Origin: a virus
Taxonomy: Duplodnaviria > Caudoviricetes
Reading direction: 5' to 3' (one strand)
Length of the DNA stretch: 59,393 bases
Virus record (IMG/VR): IMGVR_UViG_3300042922_000225
Location: 1 to 59,393 of that record
Positions 56,139 through 59,393 of the stretch are shown piece by piece. Position numbers and translations under genes: made by a program. The notes below the pieces were generated by a model that saw nothing but the letters and a program-made list of their open reading frames with translations, did not search any database and was not told the origin of the DNA. The stretch's first letter is position 1; every line of letters begins with the position of its first letter.

Positions 56139-56717
56139 TTAGCCATTGTCCTCCACCCATTCTGTCAGCAATGTAAAAGTCGGCTTGTGTTTCATCTCTC
56201 GCGCCAGGTAAGCAATACCGTGAGCAACCGAAGAGCGTGCGTCGTTATAATCCTTCAAAGTCTCTCCGATCTCCTTCCGGCCAACATAGTATCCTGAGTC
56301 CTCTAGGAACTGATCCCGGCGCTTTTTCTTGTCCGCAAGACTGTCACCCCCGACCAGATATTGGAACTTCGGGTCACGATACCGCTTGCGGTCATTCCTG
56401 TCAACCAACCCACGATCAATCAGGACACCGATTACGGGAAGGGCTTCAAGCGATACCGTCGTATAGTTGAAATTCTTGGTGTTTCGGGCGGTGAAGGCTT
56501 CACAAATCACGTCTTCAGGCTCGATCCAGGCCGCATCAACTCGAAACCCGATATGCGGCTCAACCTGCCGGGAGGAGAACCAATCGCTCATGCCTTCCGC
56601 ACCGCCCCGGAACTGAGTGGCGTACTCCAGCACCGGCAAGGTCTCTTCGGTGTACGAGAGAACCGAGATTCCCGACTCTAGGCCCGGGTCGATGGACAGG
56701 ATGTAGTTGTCAGTCAT
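56139..56717 (-). CDS. RuvC-like Holliday junction resolvase
   Basis: ILSIDPGLESG, VICEAF, NDARS. Confidence 0.75.
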   Translation of the reverse strand: MTDNYILSIDPGLESGISVLSYTEETLPVLEYATQFRGGAEGMSDWFSSRQVEPHIGFRVDAAWIEPEDVICEAFTARNTKNFNYTTVSLEALPVIGVLIDRGLVDRNDRKRYRDPKFQYLVGGDSLADKKKRRDQFLEDSGYYVGRKEIGETLKDYNDARSSVAHGIAYLAREMKHKPTFTLLTEWVEDNG

Positions 56718-56877
56718 CTGTGGGCTCTGCCTGCCGCGGGAAAATCTTCAGCGTTCGGTTATCGTCCTGGAGGTGCAGTTCAATGCCTCCGCTCCACGCC
56801 CCGTACCGCTCAAAAACGGTCCCGTCTTCTAGAATCACCGTGATCCGGGTGACGTTCTTCAGATCGTCGTACTTCAC
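56710..56877 (-). CDS. Hypothetical protein
   Basis: VTRITVI...LQDDNRTLKIF; GAGGAG RBS. Confidence 0.6.
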   Translation of the reverse strand: MKYDDLKNVTRITVILEDGTVFERYGAWSGGIELHLQDDNRTLKIFPRQAEPTDD

Positions 56878-57004
56878 TTCTTCTCCTCGGTGTGACACTC
56901 GCAGGCGCACGGCCTGGTAACGAAACGATAGCACATCTCATGGCTTCCTGGCGACACCCACGTGCAAAAACCGCTCCTGTCCATGCCGCTCTTGTGGTCA
57001 GACA

Positions 57005-58843
57005 TCAGTGCCCCGCACCAAACCAGTCTTCAGCATCCAGCGGACCCACGGACATCGGGAACTCAATCGGCTGGCTAACATTGCTACCTGGGTCGAACGT
57101 GTACGTCATGGTCTCCAGAATGTACGGCACTGCGGTCTCCACTTCGTTCTTAGGGATACACCACACGATAGCATCATGAACTGTCATCCGCAACCAGCGC
57201 ATCATTTCGATGTTTTCGCGGGCAATACGGATCAGACCTTCGAACAAAATTTCTCTTGTCGTGGACTGGCCTGCAAGCGCGGAGGACTGGGTGAAGCTGC
57301 GGTCGGGGTCAACCACCATGCGCCGACCCCACCAGTTGGTGACAAATCCCGATTCGCCCTCCCGGGTGATCTGGTCCTGCCAGCGAGCAACGTAAGGGTA
57401 TGTCGTCCGGTAGTTATCCAGGAACCCCAGCGCTTCGGGAACGGTCACATCCAGGGTAGCCGCGAGCTTCTTAGCGCCCACCCGGTATGACATTCCGTGC
57501 GTACCGGGCTTGGTCTTGTTCCGGTAATACTTCGGGTCATCGTCGTACTTGTCAGGAAAGAAGATCCGCCCCGTGATCTCATGAGCGTCAGCGCCAGGTG
57601 CAAAACGCTCAGCGTACGCCTCATCTCCCGACAACGCCGCAACGGCACGCGCATCGGCGGCAGAGAAGTCCATCTCGACCATGACCATATCCGGGTCTGC
57701 GATGAAGTAGCGCTTTTCTACCGCCCCCGGTCCCCGCGCAGTCCACACGGTAAGCCCCGGGCGCTGAACGGAGGTACGCCCCGAGCGCTGAAGGCAGGCA
57801 ATCTCCGGGTGAATGCGCCCATCCTCGTAAGTGGAGTCAAGGGCGAGTTGCGCAAGGGAGCGCTGACCCTGGAGAGTTGCAAGGGCACGGCCCAACTTCT
57901 CAGCCTCGGTGCCTTCGGAAATAGCAACCATCGTCTCGCCGCTAAAGGAGGGTGCGCCAGATGCGGTGCGAGTCCAGGTGTCGTTTTTCTCCGGGACAAT
58001 GCCGAAAGACTCAAACGCCTTGATAATCGAGCCTTTACCGGCGTTGGACTTCCACGGCATTTTAGAGTCCGTTGGCATATCGAAATCTCGAACCAGCCAG
58101 TCCATGATCTCTTCACGCTCTTTGGCAAGTTCATCCACGCGGGCCTGAGCCTCGGCGGTGTTAACCAGCACGCCATTGCGGGTGATCTGTGCGTTGATGC
58201 TCCACACGATCATCTCGCGCCAGATGTAATCGCCCCGGTAGTTCTGAGACTTAATCATCGACAGAAGCTGCCGGTAAATGTGCCGAACAGCCACCACGTC
58301 CTGAATCATGTAGGCGTAGAAGTCCAGGTCATCAAGGGGGATAAGGGAGAAGTCTAGGTCACGCACCGCAGTCTTGGGCGGGTTGTACTTCTTGGCAAGC
58401 TCTTTCAGGTCACCCATCTTGCCCGGAACGCCAAGCTGATGTGCCTGCTCATCGAGCGAGAGCCACTTCTTCGCCCGCTCGGGCTTTGCCCCGTCGAACA
58501 CGGTACGCCCGTCCTTGTTCACGTAGCTGTAGGGGGCGGGGTTCACAAGCGAGGCCAAAACGTACGAATCAATGACCCGGCCTTCAAGAGCAAGCTCCAG
58601 GGGCCGCATACTGTCCTTGCCGTAAAGCACTGACAGGTCGTAAGAAACTGAATTATGAGCGACGTTGAACCGGGCAGACTCGATAAGCGAAATCATCTCG
58701 TCGTAATCGGTCGTAACCTGAACCTCGCCATCGTCCCAAGCGAATTGCATCGTACGCACGAACTCCTGGGGGCTCATGCCGTACTGCTTTCCAGCCGAAT
58801 GAGTCTCCGTATCCCAAAACAGGAAGCGTCCCGCGGGCGTCAC
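57005..58843 (-). CDS. polA: DNA polymerase, family A
   Basis: Exo motifs WDTET and AHNSVSYDL; SGRTS; motif A DFSAADAR; motif B RNKTKPGTHGMSY; motif C VHDAIV. Confidence 0.93.
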   Translation of the reverse strand: MTPAGRFLFWDTETHSAGKQYGMSPQEFVRTMQFAWDDGEVQVTTDYDEMISLIESARFNVAHNSVSYDLSVLYGKDSMRPLELALEGRVIDSYVLASLVNPAPYSYVNKDGRTVFDGAKPERAKKWLSLDEQAHQLGVPGKMGDLKELAKKYNPPKTAVRDLDFSLIPLDDLDFYAYMIQDVVAVRHIYRQLLSMIKSQNYRGDYIWREMIVWSINAQITRNGVLVNTAEAQARVDELAKEREEIMDWLVRDFDMPTDSKMPWKSNAGKGSIIKAFESFGIVPEKNDTWTRTASGAPSFSGETMVAISEGTEAEKLGRALATLQGQRSLAQLALDSTYEDGRIHPEIACLQRSGRTSVQRPGLTVWTARGPGAVEKRYFIADPDMVMVEMDFSAADARAVAALSGDEAYAERFAPGADAHEITGRIFFPDKYDDDPKYYRNKTKPGTHGMSYRVGAKKLAATLDVTVPEALGFLDNYRTTYPYVARWQDQITREGESGFVTNWWGRRMVVDPDRSFTQSSALAGQSTTREILFEGLIRIARENIEMMRWLRMTVHDAIVWCIPKNEVETAVPYILETMTYTFDPGSNVSQPIEFPMSVGPLDAEDWFGAGH

Positions 58844-59184
58844 AGGTTCTCACGCTCCAAGATAGCAAGTACATCTTTCGCACCGCCGTAGGGGTCCTCG
58901 TTACCATACTCGATCGCCCAAGACTTCTGATGCTGAATAGCCCGTTTCAATTCGTCCCGAAGACCCGTGAGCGCCGCACGGAGGGTCTTGTACTCCTTCG
59001 ACACACGCTTGTAAACGTAGCCGTCGTGCCAGACCGTGAAACGAGGCCCATCGCCGTAGCTGTAGGTCGTCTCGATGCTCCAGTGGCAATCCTTGTCCTT
59101 GGGGTGATCCACGTTGACAAGCTCGTACCAGATACCGCTCAACCGAACGATCTCATCAGACAGCACGTTGTAGTCGTCGCTCAC
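58840..59184 (-). CDS. Hypothetical protein
   Basis: HPKDKDCHW..SYG motif; coupled to polA. Confidence 0.65.
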   Translation of the reverse strand: MSDDYNVLSDEIVRLSGIWYELVNVDHPKDKDCHWSIETTYSYGDGPRFTVWHDGYVYKRVSKEYKTLRAALTGLRDELKRAIQHQKSWAIEYGNEDPYGGAKDVLAILERENL

Positions 59185-59393
59185 AGCACCCTCCCTCTCG
59201 TGTTGAACCCGGAATCCCGGTTGCCCTCGATCTTACCGCGCCTTTCGAACTCACGCAACCCTCGGTTTACTTCTCTAATCACAGCCGCCTCTCCCGACCC
59301 TCCACGTTCGAACGGGGCGTAGTCCGGGAAATGCCGCCGTAGAGTGCGGTGATCGACTCCCATTGTCCGGCGGATCTCATTCAGCGACACGCC
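59156..59393. repeat. Terminal direct repeat (right copy)
   Basis: Matches 1-238. Confidence 0.95.

Noticed and set aside
1-59393. CRISPR array, integrase/attP, reverse transcriptase or DGR, stop-codon recoding
   Set aside because: No regularly spaced repeat-spacer array or relevant catalytic motifs seen; core genes are intact under the standard code.

Overview
The window is an essentially complete genome (~59,155 bp plus a 238-bp end overlap) of a lytic, long-tailed (siphovirus-like) phage. Gene content (WhiB-like regulator, NrdH, M23 endolysin, high GC) points to an actinobacterial host, plausibly Microbacteriaceae; this is inference. A leftward arm (54088-59393 joined to 1-23270) carries PolA, a RuvC-like nuclease, ThyX, primase-helicase, SSB/exonuclease/ERF, DnaQ, an SF2 helicase, tRNA-Asn and many small early genes driven by TTGACA-17-NANACT promoters. 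A rightward arm (23590-53870) carries packaging, head, tail and lysis genes. No integrase, repressor, CRISPR array or reverse transcriptase was recognised. The most notable signal is regulatory. A motif CTGATAAACT(RG) (8 exact copies, ~10 variants) precedes most late units. Several copies are followed not by a gene but by short hairpin RNAs, some with C/U-rich anti-Shine-Dalgarno loops (best case 36740-36835; also 27870-27928) complementary to the repeated CAACA..GGAGG leaders of early genes. I propose a candidate phage sRNA system for translational shut-off (hypothesis). Also present: two membrane-protein morons sharing a 54-bp promoter cassette, a structured RNA after the holin, gene-boundary repeats, a -1 frameshift, duplicated tail-tube genes, an SGNH tail esterase and an M23 domain inserted in a tail protein. 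All calls come from reading the sequence; no searches were run.
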